DNA of 64,000 nucleotides. Source: Diplonema japonicum. Its lineage: Eukaryota > Protista > Euglenozoa: Diplonemea. A model generated the notes under the pieces. It was given only the letters and a program-made list of their open reading frames with translations, made no database searches and had not been told where the DNA came from. The stretch covers positions 434,001-498,000 of the forward strand of contig OZ025658.1 of the NCBI GenBank assembly GCA_964019335.1. The letters run 5' to 3'. A program made the translations under genes and the position numbers. Shown piece after piece: positions 47,657-59,076 of this stretch (within the stretch, counting starts at the first letter, position 1; every line of letters begins with the position of its first letter).

Positions 47657-48286
47657 AGTGATGGGTGAATCCTAATTAGGACTAGACCAGACTGGACTGG
47701 ACTGGACCGGATCCAGCGTGAATTTCGACCCAATTATGCCAGACTGACTGGACTGACCAGACTGACCAGACTGGACTGGACCGGACTGGACCGGACTGGA
47801 CTGGACTGGACCGGACAAGATACACCACAACACCACATCCCCCCCTTTTTTTTTTGCTGCAGAGTTCAAACATATAAACAGATGTCTACAAGAAAAGATG
47901 TTACACAGGTACTGAGAGACGACAACAACAACAACAACAACGAGAAACGAAGAAAAAAAAAAATTATCTTGTTTTTCAGGTGGTGGGGATAACATGAAAA
48001 TATAAGAAAAACATCAGATGTGTTGTTTGCTGTTGACCTCCTCATCGGTCATCACCAAGCAAACCGCATGAGTGCAGAATCTTGGTTTCCTGGGGCGCCC
48101 CGGCTAGGGCAGTGATGGGTGAATCCGGTCCGGTCCGGTGTACCCATTTTACCGGACTGACCGGACTGACCGGATCGGCCGGACTGACCAGACTGACCGG
48201 ACTCAAAAATTTTCTGCAATTTTTGACACACCTGCAAACACTTTTTTTTCAAATATTTTTGGACAATGATTTTTTTTTTTTTTTTT

Positions 48287-48319
<33 letters not shown>

Positions 48320-48515
48320 CTTTTTCTTCTTCTTCATACCACAGACATGCACAGCTCCATCAAGCCATTTGCACCTATCTACTCCGGTGCACTGCAGCTG
48401 CAGGTATGTACAAATGTCCGGAAATGTTGTATTTGGATGTAATACAACCCGGCTGTGGTGATCGATGCGGAACACAGAAGAAGCTACAACCCGGCCGCGG
48501 TGAGAGATATATGAG
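47657..48515. mobile_element. Family C left end with family B fragment (47657-48109), abutting an inverted family C right end (48110-48515)
   Basis: Two CAGTGATGGGTGAATC termini; the segments duplicate 42745-43250 and 44736-45105. Confidence 0.7.
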
Positions 48516-48901
48516 TCCCTGATCCCCAAATGGAGAGTGTACCATCCTGTTTCTCGCGGAAACAGAGAACCTACCCCCTCCCCACCACAGCAGCCGAACG
48601 GTTCACTTGGTTCCCCTGTTCCCTTTCATGTTCCCCTGAATTCCCTCGAGGGAATCATTCCCTCTGTTCCCCCGGATTCCCTCAAATTCCCTCAAGGGAA
48701 CAATCCAACACTGCCCAGCAGGCAAAAAAGAAGAAATAAAAAAAGGTAAGGAATTCCGGTTCCAAATTCCGATTTTCCAGTTTGGCGGAAGGGAACAGAA
48801 CCACCTACCCCTGCTGACAGCAACAGCTGATCAAGTGAATGTTTCTTTGCCTTATTCCTCTACACTAAATTAACAGTAATCATAATGAGCAGGACAAAGA
48901 G

Positions 48902-50563
48902 ATGATAACTATCACCCATATAACTAACTGGTTAATCCACCCTCATGATGATTCTGGGACCATTTTCACAAAGAAATTGATATGGTTGGGGTCTCTTGTG
49001 GGAATTGCGTTGCTGGGCTATGGTTTGATATTGAATTCCTCAAAAGGGTCTTCGTGGGAAATAGCGGAGCCCATCCCAGGGCTCGTGATGTGCATCATTG
49101 TCTTTGTGCAGCTTATTTATGAAAAAAGGTTGCGATACCAGCTGCTGGAAGTACAGTTATATGCAATGGGGGCCAGCTTCTTGATGGAAGACATCAAGTC
49201 TGTTGTGATGAAATCAACAAGAACGTGGCCCTATTTTATCATTTTAATCGATACTTGCTTGGTGTGCAAGCTTCCGTCCAGGATTAGTGCTATCCTTGTT
49301 GTGACTCTGGTTGTATGGCTCTTGTTACTTGCCATAGAAAGCTCCACACGGTTCGGTCTGTATGACATGTCTGTGTTCCCCTCACAAAAAAGGCGGCAAG
49401 AAGCCTTCTCTTGCCAGGCCTTGCCGTGTAAAGAAGATGCCAGCGATACAGCTTCCATTTGCATGGCGCAACTTGCCGTATTCTTCTTTGACTTCTACTA
49501 CACCCGAGAGTTTGCAGTTGACCTTCAGAAGGAACATGATAAGATGCAGAGTGTAGTCAAGTCGACGGAGAGCATAGCCTCCTCCCTGTCTTTCTTTGAC
49601 CTCGAGGCCGCCAATGAAGTACTCGCTGTCTCTGGGTTGCCCCCAGGTCTCCATGAAGCCTTTGAAACTATACTGGGGAATCTGTATGCCTATAAGCCAT
49701 ACCTCCAGCAGTCATGTTTGCTGCAGCCCGAGAACCTCCTGCGAAGTACGCTGGCCACAAACCCGGTTTCTACACACGAAACTATGCTCACATCTTCATT
49801 CCCTTCTTCCGTGAAGAAGACGTGCAGCTATATCTTGGCAAACATGCTCAACACACATGCAGCTGTTGAGTTATGTTCATCCAACTTCCTCATTAACCAA
49901 TGCACTTTTGTGGAGTATGTGTTCCTGAACTGCACGGAAGCAGGTGGTGTCGTAGATCACGTGTTGGGTGACCGTGTGCATGCCTCTTTCAATGCCGCGC
50001 GGAAATGCCCTGAATATGTGAAGCATGCAGTGACAAGTGCAACCAACATTGAGCGTAGCTTAAACGACATAGATGCAAAGGCCACCTTCGGCGTATCTTC
50101 CGGTATTGCCTTCTGTGGCTCCTTTGGATGTGCGGATGTCATGTCGTATGCAAGTATCGGTGATGCAGTTGTGATGGCCTCCAATCTTGAGAAGCTTGCG
50201 AAGTTGGAAAGCAAATCCATTGTGTGTTGCAAAACAATATATAGGCAGTTGTCGTTTTCCCATAAGATGAAGATCATCCTTCAAAAACTGATTATCCTCA
50301 GAACGGGCAGCCAAGAGCTTGCCTACGAAGTGCTCTTCAGCGATATGTCACCACCGCTAGACAGTGAGTGGATGTACCAACTGCCCGAGAACGAGTACGA
50401 CAACTACAACGAGGCGGGGAAACACTATATCAAAGGCAATCAAACCGAAGCCATCCGTCTGCTGCAGATTAAGAGGAAGAGAAGTCCCGCCGTTGCCGAC
50501 TGCGAACAACGGCTCATGGAATGCATCAATCTCGATGAAGCTGTACTGTTTACATATTTGTAA
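48902..50563 (+). CDS. Multi-pass membrane protein with degenerate class III adenylate cyclase-like domain
   Basis: About 6 TM helices, then ILGNLYAYKPYL, GGVVDHVLGDRVHASFN, GVSSGIAFCGSFG and C-terminal DSEWMYQL. Confidence 0.8.
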   Translation: MITITHITNWLIHPHDDSGTIFTKKLIWLGSLVGIALLGYGLILNSSKGSSWEIAEPIPGLVMCIIVFVQLIYEKRLRYQLLEVQLYAMGASFLMEDIKSVVMKSTRTWPYFIILIDTCLVCKLPSRISAILVVTLVVWLLLLAIESSTRFGLYDMSVFPSQKRRQEAFSCQALPCKEDASDTASICMAQLAVFFFDFYYTREFAVDLQKEHDKMQSVVKSTESIASSLSFFDLEAANEVLAVSGLPPGLHEAFETILGNLYAYKPYLQQSCLLQPENLLRSTLATNPVSTHETMLTSSFPSSVKKTCSYILANMLNTHAAVELCSSNFLINQCTFVEYVFLNCTEAGGVVDHVLGDRVHASFNAARKCPEYVKHAVTSATNIERSLNDIDAKATFGVSSGIAFCGSFGCADVMSYASIGDAVVMASNLEKLAKLESKSIVCCKTIYRQLSFSHKMKIILQKLIILRTGSQELAYEVLFSDMSPPLDSEWMYQLPENEYDNYNEAGKHYIKGNQTEAIRLLQIKRKRSPAVADCEQRLMECINLDEAVLFTYL

Positions 50564-50653
50564 TCGAAACCGGTGTTTACACACTTGCTTTCTCGTTTTA
50601 TTTCCGAGTACTCGTCACCACATCTAGCCACCACAGAAAGCACGACCACCAAC

Positions 50654-51562
50654 ATGATATCCCTTCTCCTGACAACGGTGATGGCGGCCCTCTTGAGGAA
50701 GACGCCTATTCTCATGGCCCACGACTGTGCAACGGGGTACTTGAAGCCGACCATTGCAACCAAAGAAGTTTACGACTGGACCATCACACAAGCAGGGAGG
50801 TTCCCCCAGCAGCTGAGCTGCGGTGCCCGTGGATTTGATCTGAGGCCCGCCACACGCGACGGGAGACTCATCATGCACCACGGGGCAGTCGACGTGCACA
50901 CACCCCTCACTGAGGCCCTTGGTGAAATGGTGGACTGGCTTGCACAGCCAAACAACACTCACGAATTCGTAGTGCTAGTGGTACACGACTGCTCAGGCAA
51001 GGACTGCGACGACATGGTCGACGCCGCACTCAAGAAGATGAACCTCACCGTCGAGCCGTGCAAGAATCTCGAGCTCCACTCGTACAACCACGTAAAGGAA
51101 AAGAGTAGGCTGCCCAGGGGCGGCTCGCTTATTATTTACAGGGGTTGCAATAAGAGCAACTACGACGACAGGATCACGTGCTACCCCCCTTACGAGAAGA
51201 AGGCAGTGACGGCCGACCCTACCGACGCCCCATGCTGCTACGGGCGGCAGAAAGACAAGGAGGACGCGTTCAGGGCCATGTGGGCCTACATGAACCGCAC
51301 ATCCGAGGCAGAGTACCCATGGGAACAACTGTCTCAGTTGCAGGCGCTCTGGCAGGAGAACGCAGAGGGGATCACAATCGGGACTACGCTGGAATCCTCG
51401 CTTGTGAAGGATGAGGAGAGGTCACAGCTCAACAACGAGGTGCTGCTCAGGTTGAAGCAAGGGTGGTTCAAGAACATCAACTTCTTGGAGATGAACAACG
51501 TATGCGATAAGGGACTTGAGATCAGTGCTGAGCTCCTTAAGAGGAGAGAGCTCCTTGAGTAG
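50654..51562 (+). CDS. Secreted PI-PLC X-domain-like phosphodiesterase
   Basis: Signal peptide, MAHDCATG, WTITQ, QQLSCGARGFDLRP, MHHG, and WL...EFVVL. Confidence 0.8.
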   Translation: MISLLLTTVMAALLRKTPILMAHDCATGYLKPTIATKEVYDWTITQAGRFPQQLSCGARGFDLRPATRDGRLIMHHGAVDVHTPLTEALGEMVDWLAQPNNTHEFVVLVVHDCSGKDCDDMVDAALKKMNLTVEPCKNLELHSYNHVKEKSRLPRGGSLIIYRGCNKSNYDDRITCYPPYEKKAVTADPTDAPCCYGRQKDKEDAFRAMWAYMNRTSEAEYPWEQLSQLQALWQENAEGITIGTTLESSLVKDEERSQLNNEVLLRLKQGWFKNINFLEMNNVCDKGLEISAELLKRRELLE

Positions 51563-52088
51563 ATGTATGTGGTTGCTGCTTACGCGTGTATTGACTTGTT
51601 TTCACCATATTTGTGGCACTCCTTCCGTTCTTTTCTAGTTTTCTCTTCAAAAATTCGTGGTTTTGTACGCAGATAGTAACGCGTAATGGCGGCTAGTGCA
51701 CCCTGTATCATTAGTGTGGGGACAACCTCTATAAAATTCTTCGATGCCTTGCTTAGCCTGCCATGTGTCACACAGCATGTAAGTTACTTCAGAATAACAT
51801 TTCACTTGCGATGGGAAATTCCTGTTTTCCTTTGCTTTTTTCTTTTTCTGCTCTTCTTTTTCTTGGTGCCACTAGTCTAAACGTAGTTTTATCGTTATCT
51901 GAACCTTTCATTTTTCCTTCTTTCGATCCTGTACTTTCTCTTTTTTTCTTAGTTTATTTTTCTCTTTTTTTTTTTTATCCTCTTCATTCTGTCTCGTTTC
52001 TTCTTGTTTATCTTAGCGAGTTTCTTTCATTCTTTTTTATTTTTACATTTACTCCTTGTACCGACTTTCGACCGCCCACCCACCAGAC

Positions 52089-52643
52089 ATGGCCAACAGG
52101 TATGTAGCAAGGTTCAGGAGCCTGAGCAAGGTAGCCCCCGAGAACGGAATTGTTCTGTTTGGAGATTCTGATGTACAGCACTGGAGGGACGAGGGGAAGC
52201 TTCCTGGGTGGGGGGTGTTTTGCGGTGTGAACGGAGCTAGAATGGAGGACATGGCCGACTTCGTCGAGGAAATGGTAACGGTGCTGAAGCCGCGTGCCGT
52301 AGTGGCAGTTGGTGGGGAGAATGATATTGCTGAAATTAACACTGTCCCTGAAAAAGCCGTGCAGAGGTTCGTGGAAGTCCTCGCCACACACGGTGTGCCT
52401 TTGCTCATCCTCGGCTGCAAACCAGAGCCCTGCACCCGTGCCCTTTGGCCACTGTACCTCGAATACGACGACGTGCAACGCGCTGCTGTGGACACACACC
52501 CCACAGCCACCTTCCTCGACTTCTGGTACATGAAAAATGAAAAGCTTTACTCCCACGACGAGCTGCACCTCTCGAAGAAGGGGTACGATGAATGGAATAC
52601 CCGCGTGGCAGAGACACTGCAAGAAATGGGAATTGAAGTGTAA
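52089..52643 (+). CDS. SGNH/GDSL hydrolase
   Basis: LFGDS, GVNG, GENDI and DELH blocks. Confidence 0.85.
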   Translation: MANRYVARFRSLSKVAPENGIVLFGDSDVQHWRDEGKLPGWGVFCGVNGARMEDMADFVEEMVTVLKPRAVVAVGGENDIAEINTVPEKAVQRFVEVLATHGVPLLILGCKPEPCTRALWPLYLEYDDVQRAAVDTHPTATFLDFWYMKNEKLYSHDELHLSKKGYDEWNTRVAETLQEMGIEV

Positions 52644-52701
52644 AACTTGAGAAAAAAAATACACTTTACTAAACGTTTTCCTATTTAAGATATAAAGTAC
52701 A

Positions 52702-52984
52702 ATGTGTTGTTCGCTGCTGACCTCCTCGTCGGTCACCACTGGTAGCGCCCTAGTGGAAGAACAAATTGCAGATGCTCAGGGTGACGAACAGACAGCAAAT
52801 TGCAAGAGCTCAGAATCTGGTTACCCGGGGACCCGCTAGGGTTGAGCTGCACACCACACGCATCAAGCGCATCAAGGACATGCAGAAGAAGCTACAGCTC
52901 GACTGAGGTGCACCCCTTGTAATCAAGTGACAGTGTTTGTGCAGGGCACCACCAACACTGACCTCCTTTATCTCTTTCATATAT
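52702..52984 (+). repeat. Family B dispersed ~310-bp repeat (5'-truncated copy)
   Basis: Matches 43380-43665 and 57853-58137. Confidence 0.85.
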
Positions 52985-53025
52985 TATTTTTCTCCTTCCA
53001 CTCTTACTCCTTCAGCCGCCAAAAA

Positions 53026-53796
53026 ATGGAAAACGTACAACACAAGCTTGTAGTGCTCAGCGGGAAGGGGGGTGTAGGGAAGAGCACCGTAGCGTGCCAA
53101 CTGGCAATGGGCCTGGCCCAGAGCGGGAAGAAGGTGGGGTTGTTGGACGTGGATCTGTGTGGGCCGAGTGTGCCGAAGATCATGGGTGTGGAAGGGAAGG
53201 ATGTGACGCAAGGTGAAACAGGGTGGGTCCCTGTCACAACAGAGGGCAGCGGGGTGAAGGTAATGAGCATTCAATTTTTGCTGGAAAACGAAGGAGACGC
53301 TGTCGTGTGGAGAGGGCCCAGGAAAGACCAGTGCATCAAGCAGTTCTTGAAGGACGTGGAATGGGGTGCCTTGGACGTGCTGGTGATAGACACACCACCT
53401 GGCACTTCAGATGAACACATTACACTTTGCGAAGTGCTGCGACCCCTACCCAACATTGGTGCTGTTGTGGTCACGAGTCCTCAGAACGTAGCCTGCGACG
53501 CCGTCCGCAAGGAGCTCTCCTTCTGCAAGAAGTTGAACCTCCCTGTGCATGGCATCATCGAGAACATGTCAGGGTTCGCGTGCCCCCATTGTGCGGACTG
53601 CACCCCCATCTTTTCCACGGGTGGTGGCCAGCAGCTCGCCACTGAATACACCCTCCCCTTTTTGGGCACCATCCCCCTCGATCCGAGGCTTTCGCAATCG
53701 GAGGACGCAGGCATTCATTTCACGAAAGCCTTCCCCGATTCTCAAACAGCCGTGTCCATAAACAACATATTAGGCAAGATTGCCACAGTTGTTTAG
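53026..53796 (+). CDS. CFD1: Cytosolic Fe-S cluster assembly factor Cfd1/NUBP2
   Basis: SGKGGVGKST, DVDLCGPS, VWRGP, DTPPGTSDEH and ENMSGFACPHC; lacks the Nbp35 N-terminal Cys cluster. Confidence 0.92.
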   Translation: MENVQHKLVVLSGKGGVGKSTVACQLAMGLAQSGKKVGLLDVDLCGPSVPKIMGVEGKDVTQGETGWVPVTTEGSGVKVMSIQFLLENEGDAVVWRGPRKDQCIKQFLKDVEWGALDVLVIDTPPGTSDEHITLCEVLRPLPNIGAVVVTSPQNVACDAVRKELSFCKKLNLPVHGIIENMSGFACPHCADCTPIFSTGGGQQLATEYTLPFLGTIPLDPRLSQSEDAGIHFTKAFPDSQTAVSINNILGKIATVV

Positions 53797-54019
53797 TGAA
53801 AACTGAGAAGGGGCTAGCGAAGGTGTAACGCAACTATGCATAGGAAGAGGGTGAGGGGGGCGGCTCGTGTTCAAAGCTGTCCTTCTGTCGCCTTCCTTTC
53901 CCCCCATTCTTTTTTTTTTTTTTTCCAAATTTTCTCTTTGTTCTCTCGTTCTGTGACCGCCCACCAATAGACCACATCTCCCAGGCCACTACACACACAC
54001 ACACACACACACACACATT

Positions 54020-55375
54020 ATGATGGACCAGCCAAGCCACAACGGTAACACTCAGGGAGGCGACCCGCGCGTCTTGTTAGTTGTTCTCCGCAACCTGACG
54101 GCCGCTATTGAGCTAGATAAGGTGTTTTATATCTTCAGCCAGTTCGGTGTCGTCCAGAAGATAAGTACATTTGTACAGCACGGGCAGAACCAGGTGGTCG
54201 TGCAGTTTGAGGGATCCAAGGAGGCACACCTGGCGATGGGCTACCTCAACGGAAGGGATCTCTACGTGAGAGGCTCCGACGGGAAGGAGGCTTTCTGCAG
54301 CCTTGCGATTGTGCCCTCGAGGCTGGTGCAGCTCACCTTTAGAAAAGACGACTCTAGGAACAGGGACTACACGTTGCTCAACCAGCAGCTCAGAGTCCTC
54401 TACGACTACTACATGAACAACCAGGCGTCGAGGGAGGACATCCTGCAGCTAGCAGAGAGGGGGGGCTTCCAGCTACTGGACTTCTTATGGGGCACGTGGA
54501 TAATCCGCGAAGGGTGGCTTGAGCCCCTACAGGAGTCACAGTCCAAGGGTGTGATACCAGCCGGAAAGGGTTTACCGGAAGGGAAAATCGGTGAGTGCGT
54601 GCACCTGTCTGGGCTGTCGGACGGGATCACGGCCTACATGCTGTGGTCAGTGATGGGGATGTACGGTGAGCTGGTTGCGGTAAAACTGTTGGCGCAGCAT
54701 CAAGGGTGCGCCTTGGTGCAGTACCGCACAAAGGAAGAGGCCGAGCAGTGCATTAGGAACATGAACATGGTGAAGCTGTTCGGGAACAAGATATACGCAC
54801 AAGTGTCGAGGAACGCGAACGCCACGCATTGGAGGGGTGCACAGACGGAGCTGGAGAGAAGGATGTGCACGGCTGAAGACGTGCCCCCGCCAGCACCTGC
54901 CCCTTCGCACATCACAGGCCCTCCCTGTTGCACCATCTCGGCATGGGGGTTGCCGCTAACGGAGCCTGTGGCCGCGTTGAAAGAGGCTGCTAACTCAGTC
55001 ATGTCCACCTCAGAGGCGGTCTTCACTGACCTCGGACAGGGCATCGTGGCTGTTACCTTCCCGAACCCAGAAGAGGCCTTCAACGCAGTGTGCGCACTGA
55101 ACGGTGGTATTTTCACCTGCCCCACTACAGGGGCGGAGTTCAAGGCCTGCCTCCACTTTGCTAACGAATCACTCGTCACCCCGCCCTCCACAGACCTGCC
55201 CTTCCCGGACTCCTTCTCTTCCCTCACCACCACCACGCTGCATGACACACCTACTTCGGGTAACCTGGACCTTGCTGACCCAGCCAGAAAACAGTCAGCT
55301 ATGCAGCAGAATAGAGGATGGGACCATGGCAGAGTGGAAGAGACGGGTCATTACTTCAAAGGCAGAACAGCTTGA
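54020..55375 (+). CDS. PTB/hnRNP-L-like multi-RRM RNA-binding protein
   Basis: RVLLVVL...IFSQFGVVQKI...VQF and second RRM YGELVAVKLL...ALVQY; a (CA)n tract directly precedes the ATG. Confidence 0.8.
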   Translation: MMDQPSHNGNTQGGDPRVLLVVLRNLTAAIELDKVFYIFSQFGVVQKISTFVQHGQNQVVVQFEGSKEAHLAMGYLNGRDLYVRGSDGKEAFCSLAIVPSRLVQLTFRKDDSRNRDYTLLNQQLRVLYDYYMNNQASREDILQLAERGGFQLLDFLWGTWIIREGWLEPLQESQSKGVIPAGKGLPEGKIGECVHLSGLSDGITAYMLWSVMGMYGELVAVKLLAQHQGCALVQYRTKEEAEQCIRNMNMVKLFGNKIYAQVSRNANATHWRGAQTELERRMCTAEDVPPPAPAPSHITGPPCCTISAWGLPLTEPVAALKEAANSVMSTSEAVFTDLGQGIVAVTFPNPEEAFNAVCALNGGIFTCPTTGAEFKACLHFANESLVTPPSTDLPFPDSFSSLTTTTLHDTPTSGNLDLADPARKQSAMQQNRGWDHGRVEETGHYFKGRTA

Positions 55376-55947
55376 GCAATGCTCACTGACCCCTTTTCCC
55401 CTGAAAGAGAATGAACGAGAAAAGAAAAAAAAAAAAAGAAAAAAAAAAAAAAAAAGACAGAAAAAGAAAAAAGAAAAGAATGGAAGATGGTCCTCTGAAG
55501 AACGTGATTTAGTAAAACCACACCACGTCAGCAAAAAGGGCAAAAAAATAATAATAAAAAAGATAACTCTTTTATTGTCCGGAGTCTGGCTGGCTGGTAA
55601 GATTTTCCATCCCTCTGGAGACTCGAATAGATATGGACGGCAGACTTCTTGGAAATAGAATTGAAATCTCCCTTGCCCGGTCGTGGTTCCTTCTGTTTCC
55701 CTCTCGTTGGTGCCACTTTCTTTTTTTTATTTTGGTTCTCTCCCCTTCTTCCTAATTCTCGATATTGCCATTCTGCCGAAATTTCTCGTTATTCCACCCG
55801 AGCCCAACCCCCTTTATTTATTTTTCTCCTTTATTCCACACCCCCTCCCTTCATTTTGTTTCCAGAAGAAGGGAAAAAAAGTCTTTTAAGGGGAGTTTCT
55901 TTTCTCTCTTTCTCAGCGAGCACCCCGCACATTGAAAATGTATCGAT

Positions 55948-55979
<32 letters not shown>

Positions 55980-56483
55980 ATTGGGTAGTACAGAAGCAAT
56001 TCGGAGGGTGAAAGAGATGAATATTTTTTTTTCTCTCTCCTTTTTTTTCTCTTCCTTCACTCATTTTTTGGAGGATTTCTTTTGTCCTCGTTTCAAGTAA
56101 ACCCAAATCTTTGAAGTTATTGTTTTGAAATGATAGCTATTTATGACCAACAAGTTTTTTACTTCACCATGTATCCGCCACTGTCACTTACCACTCATCG
56201 CTGTCATGCATAAAAAAGTGAAGAAAAACACATCACACTCCAGCTAGAGGGGTGAAGAAAAAAAATAGCTATTCCCCGCCCCCTTTTTTTCTGCGCAGGT
56301 GCTTTCGCAGCGCTTGCATTACAATTTGAGCACCCCCCCCCCCCTTCCCCCCGGAGTTTTCAAAAGAAAAAAGAAGAAACAAAAATGAAAAAAAAAAGAT
56401 AAGGGAACACAAGAGGGGTTTTTTTTTGATCTTTTTTCTTTTCCATTGTGCTATATTGTGATTTATTTTTTTTTTTCCTACAG

Positions 56484-56521
<38 letters not shown>

Positions 56522-56802
56522 CCCCCCTTTTTTTTTATTCATTGCCCCTTTGTACAACTGTTTCATAAATTTGCTGTCCAGCCCTCCCCCATTCCCCCTT
56601 ACACGAACCTTCCTTATGTATGCATAGTGATGCTACTCCCCACTGTCCTCCATCTAGCCTAAACCACACTACCAAGGACCTCAGACCCTCTTCTTTTTTT
56701 CTCCTCCTCTCCTTGTTGCGGTGTTTTCCCCTTTCTTCCATTATTTTCTTTCCCTCCACTCTTTTTTTTCTTTTCAATTTGATCCTCCCCATTGTGTTGA
56801 AG

Positions 56803-56835
<33 letters not shown>

Positions 56836-57813
56836 ATTGGCTGAAACGATACTTTTTTTATTTTTTGCAAGAACGAGCCTTTGGCTTGTCAAAACAAAAC
56901 GCCTTTTTTCTTCTTCTTCTCCCCGAATACAATTTGAAGTTAAAAGAAATTGCATTAAAATGGCTACGGGAAAAAAAAAAGAAAGAAATAAAGAAAGAAA
57001 GAAAGAAAAGAACAAACTTTTGAGCCCTGTGCAAAGCTTTACTATTTTCTTTTGCATAGAGGTCTGCTGCTTCACTCTTCACCCTGTTGTGGGAGAGGGA
57101 AAAAAAAAAAATGAAACAAAATACTGTAAAACCCGATAAAGTTAGTACCTCGGTAGCCCTTCGATAGTCCTCGGTTAGCGGGGCTGGATCCCTTGAATCT
57201 TCGTTATATTTCATTACACTGAAGTCTAGGTTGTGCAAGGAGATCTACACCACTATGGAGATGAACACTACTCCACCAGCCAGCCTAAATGAGCCGATTC
57301 CTTTTTCCCCCGATTCGAACTTTATCGGTTTTACAGTAATTAACAAAAAAAAAAAGAAAAACGAAGGAAAAAAAAAAGAAAAAAAAAGTCCTCTACTACG
57401 TCAGGGTTTTTATTTTATTTTTATTATTTATTTTTGATTTCTTTCTTCTTCTTCTTCTTCTTCTTCTTCTAGAGACAGGCGATTGGAAAAATCAAAAAAA
57501 AAAGAAAAAAAACGGATTTCAGTGCTTGTCTCAGGCTTTGTACTACTACATTTCACAGACCACTACTGGATGCCATCAAAAAGATTTTTTTTGGCAGTTT
57601 TATTTATTTACCCCACCCCCCTTTTAACGATTCATATCTCTAAAAATGTTCCAAGCAAGCTGGGTCGGAAGGCCCCCCCCCCCCCCCCCCCCCCCTCCGG
57701 TGATTCCTAAATAATATTTTTCAAAAAAAAAAGAAAACACTGCTAGGAGCAGAAGAGAGGGCTTCTTATGGACTCCATGTTCGCAGTCCTGATGGCTCAC
57801 TTTCTTCTTTTTT

Positions 57814-58137
57814 GGTGGTGGGGATAACATGAAAATATAAGAAAAACATCAGATGTGTTGTTCGCTGTTGACCTCCTCGTCGGTCATCACCGGTAGCGCC
57901 CGAGTGGAAGAACATAATGCAGATGCTCAGGGTGACGAACAGGCAGCAAACTGCACGAGCGCAGAATCTTGGTTACCCGGGACGCACCGGCTGGGGTTGA
58001 GCTGTACACCGCACGCATTAAGGACACGATGCGGAACGCAGAAGAAGCTACAACTCGGCCGCGGCGCGCCCCCTGTAATCAAGTAGACAGTTCTTGTGCA
58101 GTGCGCCGCCAACACCGGCCTCCTTTAACTCATATAT
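57814..58137 (+). repeat. Family B repeat, full-length CpG-rich copy
   Basis: GGTGGTGGGGATAACATG...CCTTTAACTCATATAT. About 10 full or partial copies in the window, mostly within 43121-48109. Confidence 0.88.
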
Positions 58138-58244
58138 TCTTTTTTTATAAAGAAACCCTGAAGATTCCTCCTGATATGATAGCGAACATGTTTCTTCTTT
58201 AATCGGGATATCCTTATGTTGTTTTTGTTTTTTCTTCTTTTTTT

Positions 58245-58702
58245 GAGGTGGCTGGCTGCGCTGCGGTGGGCGGAGGAGGGAACGTCCGTGTCGGCGATCG
58301 AGCTGGCGATTGACTTCGAATGCTACACAAAGAAGACGTTGGGGGTCAACGTCAACACGACGATTGACATCGACAAGAAGGCGGTGAGGATCAAGCGGAT
58401 CCTGGATACGCTGCAAGCGACATGGATGAGGGAGAAGAGGAGACGCGCTTTTCCGGCGCAGTCATGCAAGAAGGTGAGATCACTACGATCCATTGGCCGC
58501 GACCAAGTCGTTGGCTTTGATAGGAGGGCCCTGTTTGCATCGGGGCTGACGGCGACCAAGCTGAAAGGACTGAAGATTACCGGAAAGAAAGGATTGGAAG
58601 ATATAAACGACAGCTAGGCACTACGGTGGGTAGCAGGGAACGACCCCAGAAGGGGAGCATCATAAGGTAGGTTGCTAACCACTTCGTTCCTATCATAGTG
58701 AA
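58245..58702 (+). mobile_element. Probable 5'-truncated non-LTR retroelement remnant (C-terminal coding fragment plus 3' tail)
   Basis: GC-rich island encoding WLAALRW...VSAIELAIDFE...SLRSIG...GFDRR with no credible start codon. Resembles the C-terminal motif of some protist LINE ORFs (recognised from memory only). Confidence 0.4.
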
Positions 58703-59041
58703 TTTTTTTTCCTTCTTCTTTTCTTCCACAACCCGGATTTAGTTGCACCTAACGCGTCATAGCCCCACATGGCCCCACATGCCCCACCCCCGATTTATAC
58801 AATATAGTATCCATGTTAAAATCACACTGTACATTCCACCTTGCAGGCGAAGAAGGTCAAAGCTGATTTTAATTAGATAAGCTTTTTTTTTTCTCTTTTT
58901 TCTCCCCCACTTTTTTTTTATTCAGGCGTCCTGCCACATCGCAGGTACCCTTAAATGTCTCTCTTTTTTTTTTTTTTTGGTTTTGGTCTAACTGTTGAGG
59001 GAAAAAGAAGAAGAAGAATGAAGAAAAAAGAATGGAACGAG

Positions 59042-59076
<35 letters not shown>

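Larger units (their letters stand above)
41981..48901. other. Divergent strand-switch region between two directional gene clusters
   Basis: All credible genes to the left are minus-strand and all to the right are plus-strand. The interval contains only repeats and remnants. Confidence 0.85.

Noticed and set aside
42674-48749. Numerous short ORFs in the switch region
   Set aside because: Translations of repeats and homopolymers; frames are not conserved between copies.
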